Assembly (NCBI GenBank): GCA_963793485.1
Contig: CAWCAB010000002.1
Location: 332,787 to 396,786, forward strand
Length of the DNA stretch: 64,000 nucleotides
Source of the DNA: an uncultured Bacteroidota bacterium
GTDB taxonomy: Bacteria; Bacteroidota; Bacteroidia; Bacteroidales; B18-G4
Reading direction: 5' to 3'
Below the pieces are notes generated by a model that made no database searches, was not told the DNA's origin, and was given only the letters and a program-made list of their open reading frames with translations. Positions within the stretch are counted from its first letter, which is position 1. Each line of letters begins with the position of its first letter. Positions 36,153 to 44,990 of this stretch are shown here, piece by piece. Both the position numbers and the translations under genes were made by a program.

Positions 36153-37578
36153 ATGACACAGGTAATCACAGATAAGATGACAGATTATAAGATCAAAGAT
36201 ATTACGCTGGCCGACTTTGGCAGAAAAGAGATAGAGATCGCGGAGAAAGAAATGCCGGGTTTGATGTCTTTGCGCGACCAGGTACCAGGACAGCAAGCCC
36301 CTGCAGGGTGCCAGGATCACCGGTTCGCTGCATATGACTATTCAAACGGCAGTACTGATAGAAACCCTTCAAGCTCTGGGAGCTGATGTAAGGTGGGCCA
36401 GCTGCAACATTTTCTCGACCCAGGATCATGCGGCGGCTGCGGTTGTACGCGATTCACAGGTGCCTGTTTTTGCCTGGAAGGGCGAGACACTGGAAGAGTA
36501 CTGGTGGTGTACAAATCAGGCACTTAAATTTCCTGGCGGCAAGGGACCAAACATTATCGTTGATGACGGCGGCGATGCTACTCTTCTTGTTCATGTAGGT
36601 TATGAAGCAGAAAATGATGCTTCCATCCTCGACAAAAAAACTGAGAACCATGAAGAAGCAGTAGTCCTGCAAACGGTCAAAGGCATACTGGCAGAGGACA
36701 ACACACGCTGGCACAGGACTGTAGAGGAGCTCAAAGGCGTTTCGGAAGAAACAACCACAGGGGTTCACAGGCTCTACCAGCGCATGGAAAATAACAGTTT
36801 GCTATTTCCTGTGATCAATGTAAATGATTCAGTAACCAAATCGAAGTTCGATAACCTTTATGGGTGTCGCGAATCACTGGCCGATGGCATCAAGCGTGCC
36901 ACCGACGTGATGATTGCAGGAAAGGTTGTTGTAGTTCTTGGATATGGTGACGTTGGTAAGGGTAGTGCCAAATCAATGCGTTCTTATGGCGCTCGTGTGA
37001 TCGTCACTGAGATCGACCCCATATGTGCACTGCAGGCAGCCATGGAAGGTTTTGAGGTAACCACACTCGAAGAAGCCCTGGAAGAAGGAAATATCTTTGT
37101 AACCACAACCGGAAACAAGGACGTGATCAGACTTGAGCATATGGCACAAATGAATGATGAAGCCATTGTTTGCAACATCGGGCATTTCGATAATGAGATC
37201 CAGGTTGATAATCTTAACAACGCTCCAGGTGTTGAAAAGATCAACATCAAACCTCAGGTAGATAAATATATTTTTCCTAACGGCAACAGCATTTACCTTC
37301 TGGCGGAAGGAAGGCTCGTAAACCTGGGCTGCGCTACAGGCCACGCCAGCTTTGTGATGAGTAACTCATTTACAAACCAGACCCTGGCCCAGCTCGACCT
37401 TTGGAAAAATAAATACGAGATTGGTGTGTACAGACTGCCGAAATACCTTGATGAAGAAGTGGCCCGTTTCCACCTCGAGCATATTGGGGTGAAACTTACG
37501 GTGATGACCGACGAGCAGGCTGAATATCTTGGGGTGCCTAAGAACGGACCTTATAAGCCTGAACATTACCGCTACTAA
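36153..37578 (+). CDS. ahcY: Adenosylhomocysteinase, reading frame interrupted by an apparent 1-nt insertion near 36282
   Basis: ORF 36153..36386 gives ...[33 protein letters not shown]. Skipping g36282 continues [53 protein letters not shown]... (ORF 36334..37578), which is the canonical AhcY sequence. The NAD motif [10 protein letters not shown] is present. Confidence 0.85.
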
Positions 37579-37634
37579 TTACCTGCAAAACTCCGGTACT
37601 TTCTCTATCGGCCAACCCAGCGATATGGCAATTT

Positions 37635-39331
37635 TCATATCGTCACATGCCAAATTATACTTGCGAAGCTGCAAGAGTACCATTCCACGCCAGTAATGTG
37701 CTTTTGCCGACGTGCTATCCAGCCTATAGCCCGGTCAAATACTCCCTGCGCAGACTCATAGTCCTTCAGGTTGGCATGCATCAGGCCCAGGTTGATCAGA
37801 TATGCCGCGTTCGCGGGTTCAAGTTCAGAAGCTATGGAAAAGTCTTCAGCGGCCTCTACGAAAACACCATTTGAAGCCCTTAACAATCCACGGCTGTTAT
37901 ATGTTGCCGCATCCCTTGCCCCCAGCTCTATGGCACGGTTAAAATCTTTTAGCGACTGTACAGGGTTTTCCAGCTTATAATATGCCAGGGCCCTGTTAAC
38001 ATAAGCATCGGCTGCGCCTGACTCTGAAATAATGGCCATGGAATAATCCGCAATGGCTTTGCTCATATCCCCTTCCTGTTGCCAGGCGTTCCCCCTGTTG
38101 ATCAGTGCCGCAGAAGCATTGGGATATCGTTCCAGAACGTCATTCCAAAGGCTCAGGCTGTCTTTCCAGATCGCAGCCCTTGAAACAGTGATAACGGAAA
38201 ATGTTGAAACAATCAAGACAGTGATTAACGAGGCATTCTTTTATACTTCCCTACAAAAAGGAAAAGCATCAAAGCTGAAAAGGCAAAATACAACCCAATG
38301 GAAGGAAGGTAAACATAACGCTCCTTCACTACTTGTACACCCACGGGGATGAGTTCCAGAACTATTGCGATTGTTATCAGGAAAAATAAAAATCCGGCCT
38401 TGACAAATCTTTTTTCTTGCCCTTTCAGGCGAAACAAAAGAAAAACAAGCATAATTGTAACCAGGGGAGCTATATAATATTCCACCGGCAAGCCATCCAG
38501 AGGGTATGGATGGAAGGCCGATAGCCTTGTAGGAGCAATCATATGAGTGACATAAAAAGCAATTGCATAAAATACCATCAGGATGCGCTCACCCCATCCA
38601 AATCTTTCCGAAATAGCAATAATATGTCCGGCTTCTTCGCGTGCATAAATGATCACGATGCCAATGAGAATTGATAAAAGTAAGAAAGGTACTTTTTCTA
38701 TGATCAGGCCTAAATTGACCTTTCTGCGTAAATACAGATCGATGAACAGAATAACTATCGGAAATGTAACAGCAGTGGGTTTTGATAAAAGGGAGAGCAC
38801 AAACAAGATAAATGTGAATACCAGATACTTAAATGCTGCTCTACGGACATATTTTAAATATGTGATCAACCCGGCCAGGTAAAAAGATGTGTATAGCAGA
38901 TTGCTTGTGGCCGATACCCAGGCCACCGATTCTGTTTGCATAGGATTCAGTGCAAAAAGTGCTGCTGTAATCAAGGCAATGGTATCTTCCCTGGCAAAAA
39001 GACGCACTAATGAAAATACCAATATGATATTTAAAAGGTGCAGAAGCAATGAAAACGTATGAAATGCCAAAGCATCCTCTCCAAATGCATTATATACTAT
39101 TGCATATAGCTGAGTAGTAACTGGCTGGTACATTCCAACATAAAAAGAACTGAAAATGCTTTTTGTACTTGTGATTCCCAGGCTTTTAACGTCCTTATTA
39201 TTTACTACCTGTTCGAGGTCATCCCAATTAGTAAATCCATTCTGCAGAGAGGGCAGATAGACGAGAAAGGTGACAAGCAATATTACGGCAAGCAGCCAGG
39301 GGGTGTATTTCGATTTGTAAACGGGTCGCAT
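37635..39331 (-). CDS. Polytopic membrane protein (PMT_2/glycosyltransferase-39-like N-terminus) fused to C-terminal TPR repeats, split by an apparent frameshift near 38232-38240
   Basis: ORF 38225..39331 is a multi-TM protein. ORF 37635..38216 has TPR repeats (ALINRGNAWQQEGDMSKAIADY..., AYVNRALAYYKLENPVQSLKDF...). The downstream frame is open from 38240, overlapping the end of the upstream ORF at an AAAAG run. Confidence 0.6.
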
Positions 39332-39354
39332 CGAACTTATGCAGGACGCTAATC

Positions 39355-39828
39355 CTAGTTATTAATATATAGGTTCATACCGTCGTAGTATGCATTATAT
39401 TGTTTCAGGGGTATAGTGGCCGGTGAGATTGGAGAACCATCGATGATCTGATACGACATATCAGAACATGTATCGTAAACAAAAGGATAGTAGTCATCAA
39501 CGAGCAAATACGTACACAGGCCTGTTTCCGGATCACAACAAGAATTTGAATTGACAGGTGGCGTGCGTTCAAAAGCCAGGAACTGTTCCTGGGTCATCCT
39601 GTAAATAATCAAACCACGACTGGGAGGGTTCACATAGGGATAATACATCCATCCACCAATAACATTCAATTCCTGGTAAAGGGTTGAGTTGGGGTTGATC
39701 GTCACATTGATATAGGCATACGGGATATTGCTATTGGGGTCATCCCCTTTCTTCTTGCATGCACTTAAAATAATAGCGAGGAAGAAGAAGCTTATCACCA
39801 ATCCAGACAAAAGTTTTCTGTTCACCAT
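39355..39828 (-). CDS. Hypothetical lipoprotein
   Basis: Lipobox ILSAC. 157 aa, Cys-containing (CCDPETGLC, DTC). No family recognised. Confidence 0.45.
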   Translation of the reverse strand: MVNRKLLSGLVISFFFLAIILSACKKKGDDPNSNIPYAYINVTINPNSTLYQELNVIGGWMYYPYVNPPSRGLIIYRMTQEQFLAFERTPPVNSNSCCDPETGLCTYLLVDDYYPFVYDTCSDMSYQIIDGSPISPATIPLKQYNAYYDGMNLYINN

Positions 39829-39953
39829 AATTACTTGTAAGACTTGATATTTGCCAACGCAAAAATAGTAATATTATTTTCCTCTTCAGCTCATGTTCAT
39901 CGGGCATTCCATGCAATTTGCTAACTTCGTAGTAGATTTTAGGCATCCACAAA

Positions 39954-40256
39954 ATGAAATTTAAAGCCATTTTTATCATCTTTCTCCTTGCCGGAGCCAC
40001 TGTGGTCCTGTCGTGCCGCACCAGGAGGTCACCGGCAGAAAAGCGAGCATATAAGATGGAGAAAAAGATGCAAAAGGAAAATAAAAAGATGGTGGATGAA
40101 TACCTTCAACATCATTACGACATCCAGCATGTGGATACTCAAAAGATGATGAAGAAATCCCAAAAGCGGGCAAAAAAAGCGAACAGGAAGCGGGGTAACT
40201 CCTGGGTTGACCGCACCTTCAAACGAAAAAGATCTAAATCCTGCGATGGCAATTAA
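39954..40256 (+). CDS. Small highly basic lipoprotein-like ORF (100 aa)
   Basis: Signal/lipobox VVLSC followed by a Lys/Arg-rich low-complexity sequence. Its 3' end overlaps the kinase start by 11 nt. Coding status is uncertain. Confidence 0.3.
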   Translation: MKFKAIFIIFLLAGATVVLSCRTRRSPAEKRAYKMEKKMQKENKKMVDEYLQHHYDIQHVDTQKMMKKSQKRAKKANRKRGNSWVDRTFKRKRSKSCDGN

Positions 40257-43200
40257 ATCCATATACTCCCGCTTCTTCATTGTTACCTTCCTGCTCTTTT
40301 CAATTTTTCCCTGCAGTATGGCGCAAGAGTCTTTTGAGGTCAGTTTTGAAAATTTCAAGACTGAAAATATTGAGCGAGTGAAAGGCCTCAGTCAGAATAT
40401 GGTGAACACCATCATTCAAGACAGGCAGGGCTATATGTGGTTCGGGACCTGGGATGGGCTAAACCAGTATGATGGATATGACTTTACCATTTACAATAAG
40501 CTGGATGGCATGAGCGATCCCACAATTAATTCCATTCTGGAAGACGATGAAGGCATGATCTGGATTGGGACACAGGACGGGCTGAACCGATTTGACAGGA
40601 AAAGTTTGAGTTTTTCTGTAATTAAAAATATCCCGGGTGAAAAAAACAGTCTTAGCAACAATACTATTAATCATATTTTTCAGGATAATAAAGATTATTT
40701 GTGGATCAGCACTGTACAGGGCTTAAATCGTTTCGATAAGGAAAACCAGGTGTATAAACGCTTCAACTTTAACTTCGTAGATGTTGACAGCGTACGCACC
40801 AACTGGATCAACAAGGTGATGCAAGACCGGAATGGCTACCTGTGGATTGCTACCCGTTTCGGCCTGTTAAAGTTCGATGACTCAACTATGCTCTTCACGC
40901 CTTATTTCCATTCCCCTGACGATGATCATAGTATTAGTAACAATAGTATCAATGCCATTTTTGAAGACCGTGATGGCAAATTGTGGATCGGAACACAGGA
41001 CGGGCTGAACCTCTTCCTGGGCGAAAGTGAGGGATTCAAGCGTTTTTATCATCAGTTTGACAACGACAGTAGCCTGAGCAATAACCAGGTAAAAACTATT
41101 TTTGAAGACTCCCGGGGCATATTCTGGGTGGGGACAAAAAACAAGCTTAACATTTTCGACCGGCAACAGGGCACCTTCAGCCATTACCAGCATTCGGGAA
41201 AGAGCACCAGCCTCAGCAGTGATGATATAAACTGCATCTATGAAGATGATATGGGCTCGGTCTGGATAGGGACATATAAAGGCGTTAACAAGGTGCAACT
41301 GGGCCTAAGCAAGTTCAACTACTACCGCAGAGATCCTGACGACCCGCACTCATTAAGCGATAATGTTATTCATTCTATCTTCAAAGATTCAGACGGGCTG
41401 ATCTGGCTGGGAACAGGCAAAGGCGTTAACATACTCGACAGGAAGAGTGGCCGGTACAGCAGACTGCATTATATGATAGACCGGGATACCGATCTTGCCA
41501 ATCTAAGGATACGGTGTTTGCATAAGGACAAGCTGGGCAACATCTGGATAGCCACCGATAATGACGGCTTATTCAAGTATGTGCCTTCTACCGGCAAATA
41601 CTCACAATATACTTCTTCACCTTACGACCCTAACACCCTGAACGACAATAACCTTCTGTGGGTTACAGAGGACCATCTCGGATATATCTGGGTGGGCTCC
41701 GGCAGAGGGGTGAATGCTTTCCATCCCGATACCATGTTAATGAGATCCTGGGCGCACGATCCACGTGATCCCACAAGCATTTCCAACGATATAGTATGGA
41801 TCATTTATGAAGATAAAGAGCATGTGAAGTGGTTTGGTACCAATAATGGGCTAAACCGCTATGATGATGAAAGTGATGCCTTCATTTCTTATACTCATGA
41901 CCCTGAGGATGTATTCAGCATCAGCGCAAATGCGGTATTTGGTATCTATGAGGACAGACAGGGTAATTTCTGGGTAGGCACCATGGGTGGTGGTTTGAAT
42001 CATTTCGATCCGATCCGCGAGCGTTTTCTACATCTGGATGAGCAGAACGGCCTTCCCAATAATGTTGTGTACATCACCCTGGAAGACCGTAACGGAAATC
42101 TCTGGCTGACCACCAACTGGGGAATCTCGAAATTCAATCCTGCCAGTGGGGAGTTTGTCAATTACGATATCCATGACGGATTGCAGGGAAATGAATTTAA
42201 TGGAGGAGCCTGGTTTCATGCCGATGACGGCGAAATGTTCTTTGGAGGGATGGATGGATTTAACAGTTTCTACCCGGAGGAAATCCTTCTGAATGAGCAG
42301 GCACCTCGCATCGTAATCACCGATTTCAAGAAGTTAAACGAATCCGTGAAGCGGGATTTTGTCGACGGAGATTCAATACGGCTGAACTACGATGATAATT
42401 TTTTCTCCATTGAGTTCTCAGCCCTGGACTATAACAATCCTGCCAAGAATAAGTATGCCTTCATGCTGGAGAACTACGATGAGGAATGGAAATACCGGGA
42501 TGCCAATCGCAGAATAGCCGAATATACCAGGGTAACCCCCGGCAGTTATGTTTTCCGGGTGATCGGATCAAACAATGACGGGATCTGGAATGAGACCGGC
42601 ACCTCACTCCATATCATCATCCTTCCTCCCTGGTGGGATACGATGATCTTCCGGCTGATATTTGGGGCAATGATCTTTGCGCTGCTATGGTCGTTCATCT
42701 ACTGGAGGATCAGGATGATCAAAAAGAAACATGAGGTAGAAAAGAAAGTCCTGGAAATTGAGAAAGAGCTTTTCGATGTACAGCAAAAAGCATTACAGCT
42801 GCAGATGAACCCTCACTTCATCTTTAACTCACTGAATGCCATACAAAGCTTCGTGATCAGCAGCAACACCGACAAGGCCATCCACTACCTTTCGAAGTTC
42901 TCCCAGCTAATGCGTCTCATCCTGACCAACTCACGCGAGTCGAGCATACCGGTTAAGGATGAACTGACAGCCTTGAAGCATTACATGGATATAGAGCGGC
43001 TTCGATTCGACAACAAGTTTGATTACACGATTAAAGTAGATAAGAACATCGATGATGAGTTCATGGAGATCCCGCCAATGATCATTCAGCCTTTTGTAGA
43101 GAACGCCATATTACATGGCATAGTCCATAGTACTGAACCCGGGCACATAAAGCTTGAGCTGCAACTGCAAAAGAACTTTATTTTCTGCAGCATCGAAGAC

Positions 43201-43413
43201 AATGGCATTGGTCGGAAAAAGGCAGAGGAGCTCAGGAATTCCTCAGGGATCAAACGCAAATCCCGTGGCATGCTTATCACTCGTGAGCGACTCGAGATCC
43301 TGAACAAGCAGAATAAGGAGAAGTTTGCCGTAAATGTGATCGACCTCCATGATAAGAAAGGTGATCCCTCCGGTACCAGGGTGGAAATCAATATTCTGTA
43401 TATAGATGAATAA
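40246..43413 (+). CDS. Sensor kinase: periplasmic two-component-regulator beta-propeller repeats + Y_Y_Y domain + TM + LytS-type His_kinase/HATPase
   Basis: Repeated ...D..G.lWiGT..GLn.fd... units and a Y_Y_Y-like YAFMLENYDEEWKY. One TM helix is followed by QMNPHFIFNSLNAIQSFV (PF06580-type) and an ATPase domain (PFVENAILHG..., DNGIG...). Confidence 0.85.
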   Translation: MAIKSIYSRFFIVTFLLFSIFPCSMAQESFEVSFENFKTENIERVKGLSQNMVNTIIQDRQGYMWFGTWDGLNQYDGYDFTIYNKLDGMSDPTINSILEDDEGMIWIGTQDGLNRFDRKSLSFSVIKNIPGEKNSLSNNTINHIFQDNKDYLWISTVQGLNRFDKENQVYKRFNFNFVDVDSVRTNWINKVMQDRNGYLWIATRFGLLKFDDSTMLFTPYFHSPDDDHSISNNSINAIFEDRDGKLWIGTQDGLNLFLGESEGFKRFYHQFDNDSSLSNNQVKTIFEDSRGIFWVGTKNKLNIFDRQQGTFSHYQHSGKSTSLSSDDINCIYEDDMGSVWIGTYKGVNKVQLGLSKFNYYRRDPDDPHSLSDNVIHSIFKDSDGLIWLGTGKGVNILDRKSGRYSRLHYMIDRDTDLANLRIRCLHKDKLGNIWIATDNDGLFKYVPSTGKYSQYTSSPYDPNTLNDNNLLWVTEDHLGYIWVGSGRGVNAFHPDTMLMRSWAHDPRDPTSISNDIVWIIYEDKEHVKWFGTNNGLNRYDDESDAFISYTHDPEDVFSISANAVFGIYEDRQGNFWVGTMGGGLNHFDPIRERFLHLDEQNGLPNNVVYITLEDRNGNLWLTTNWGISKFNPASGEFVNYDIHDGLQGNEFNGGAWFHADDGEMFFGGMDGFNSFYPEEILLNEQAPRIVITDFKKLNESVKRDFVDGDSIRLNYDDNFFSIEFSALDYNNPAKNKYAFMLENYDEEWKYRDANRRIAEYTRVTPGSYVFRVIGSNNDGIWNETGTSLHIIILPPWWDTMIFRLIFGAMIFALLWSFIYWRIRMIKKKHEVEKKVLEIEKELFDVQQKALQLQMNPHFIFNSLNAIQSFVISSNTDKAIHYLSKFSQLMRLILTNSRESSIPVKDELTALKHYMDIERLRFDNKFDYTIKVDKNIDDEFMEIPPMIIQPFVENAILHGIVHSTEPGHIKLELQLQKNFIFCSIEDNGIGRKKAEELRNSSGIKRKSRGMLITRERLEILNKQNKEKFAVNVIDLHDKKGDPSGTRVEINILYIDE

Positions 43414-43513
43414 CTTATGAAATCCCAAATAATTAGGGTTTGTTTGTTGCTTTTAGAAACTAATCATAACTTTACTGCACAATCGCTGCTGTATTTACTA
43501 AATTTACTCACCT

Positions 43514-44263
43514 ATGATCAGAGGCATTATCATTGAGGATGAAAAGCACTCCCGGGAAACCCTGAGTGGCATGCTTGATCGCTATTGTAAGAATGTAAAC
43601 ATTATTGCTGAAGCAGAAAGCTACCGTGGTGGACTTGAAGCCATACGTGAACATCAGCCGGATGTGATCTTCCTGGATATACAAATGCCGGACGGAAGCG
43701 GCTTCAGGATGCTGGAGGAACTGGATAACATCAACTTCGAGATCATCTTTACAACGGCCTTTGATCAGTTTGCCATCAAGGCCATCAAATACAGTGCACT
43801 GGATTACCTGCTTAAACCCATCGATCCGGAAGAACTGGTCAGGGCTGTGAAGAAAGTCGAACAAAAGATCAGTTCTACCCAGGTGAATCAGAATATACAG
43901 GTATTGCTTGATAATATTAAATCACGGGAGGCTGAACCACATAAGATCGTACTTTCAACCTCTGAGAAGATCCACATTATTGAGACTGACCAGATCATTC
44001 GCTGTGAGAGCGATAATTACTATACCAATTTCTTCCTGTCCGACGGAAAAAAAATACTGGTGTCGAAAACCCTGAAAGATAACGAGGAACTGTTAAGTGA
44101 CCATAATTTTATCCGCCCGCACAAATCACACCTGGTGAATATAAAGTATATAAAAGGATTTCTGCGGAGCGATGGTGGATATATCGAGATGAAAGACGGG
44201 AGCAAAATTCCGGTCTCACGGCGTAAGCGTGAAAAGATCATAGAAGTGATCACACATCTGTAA
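43514..44263 (+). CDS. LytTR-family response regulator
   Basis: Receiver domain (VIFLDIQMPDGSG...YLLKP) plus a C-terminal LytTR DNA-binding domain (...IRCESDNYYTNFFL...FIRPHKSHLVNIKYIKGF...). Confidence 0.9.
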   Translation: MIRGIIIEDEKHSRETLSGMLDRYCKNVNIIAEAESYRGGLEAIREHQPDVIFLDIQMPDGSGFRMLEELDNINFEIIFTTAFDQFAIKAIKYSALDYLLKPIDPEELVRAVKKVEQKISSTQVNQNIQVLLDNIKSREAEPHKIVLSTSEKIHIIETDQIIRCESDNYYTNFFLSDGKKILVSKTLKDNEELLSDHNFIRPHKSHLVNIKYIKGFLRSDGGYIEMKDGSKIPVSRRKREKIIEVITHL

Positions 44264-44305
44264 TATTGTTTGCCTGTTCGGTCTTCCTTCAATCGTTGGC
44301 TGCCT

Positions 44306-44341
44306 ACCGTTAACTGATTGCAAACCACCGAAAACTGATTA
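44306..44341 (+). promoter_or_regulatory. Candidate LytTR box: direct repeats ACCGTTAACTGATT / ACCGAAAACTGATT with 21-bp register
   Basis: Repeats start at 44306 and 44327 and match at 12 of 14 positions. They lie 43 nt after the LytTR regulator stop and ~65 nt upstream of ORF 44406. The 12-mer ACCGTTAACTGA recurs at 54655. Confidence 0.4.
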
Positions 44342-44405
44342 TTGCTTTCATTATTGCAAAATTTTAATATTTTTACACTAGCATAGCCAAAAACCATAAT
44401 TGCAA

Positions 44406-44864
44406 ATGGAAGAATTTATTTACATAATTATCGGCGTGATATGGCTTGCCGCAACCGTGTACAAGGCAAGCCAGAAGAAGAAAGCAGGACCAAAGAAGCC
44501 AGCAGTCCCAGGCCCGGATGGAGAAAAGAAAGTGTCAGCTACCAGGTCACTCCTCGAACAACTGTTAGAAGGGCAAGAACTCAGGATCCCCGATCCGGAA
44601 GTTGTTGAGTTGGAACCTGAATATGATGAGCCCATGGTAGCTGAAGTGGAGGAACGCAAACGCCAGAATACCATCCAGGCAGGATACACAGGTTATGGTT
44701 ATAAAAGCCTGGAATCAGTGTCGGGTGAGGGGGTCAGTTCATTGGGAAAAATCACTTTTGAGGATATCATGCAACAGCATGAAACAAAGGTCAGGAAACC
44801 AGTGAAAATAGACCTTAGAAAGGCCATTATTTACCAGGCAATTCTTGAAAGACCTTATTCTTAA
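44406..44864 (+). CDS. Hypothetical N-terminally membrane-anchored protein (152 aa)
   Basis: One N-terminal TM helix (FIYIIIGVIWLAATVY), then a charged Pro/Glu/Lys-rich region. No family recognised. ATG 44406 is preferred over TTG 44400. Confidence 0.45.
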   Translation: MEEFIYIIIGVIWLAATVYKASQKKKAGPKKPAVPGPDGEKKVSATRSLLEQLLEGQELRIPDPEVVELEPEYDEPMVAEVEERKRQNTIQAGYTGYGYKSLESVSGEGVSSLGKITFEDIMQQHETKVRKPVKIDLRKAIIYQAILERPYS

Positions 44865-44870
44865 CCGGTT

Positions 44871-44941
44871 GTTAAGAGAATGTTAAATTTTTTTGAACGT
44901 AGCGTTAATAATATTTGCATATTAATTTTTTTATTCGTTAA
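44871..44941 (+). promoter_or_regulatory. Cluster of four phased GTTAA motifs upstream of the giant barrel gene
   Basis: GTTAA occurs at 44871, 44882, 44904 and 44937, giving spacings of 11, 22 and 33 nt. The contexts TTGTTAAGA, AATGTTAAA, AGCGTTAAT and TTCGTTAAC resemble the LytTR half-site core. Confidence 0.3.
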
Positions 44942-44990
44942 CTTTACGCTCTTATTGCACAGTGTTTATATAACATAAAATTATCATGGT

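Noticed and set aside
36276-36290. Programmed +1 ribosomal frameshift in ahcY.
   Set aside because: No slippery or shifty-stop context is visible. Five other single-nt frame breaks in unrelated genes of the same window make indel error the simpler explanation.
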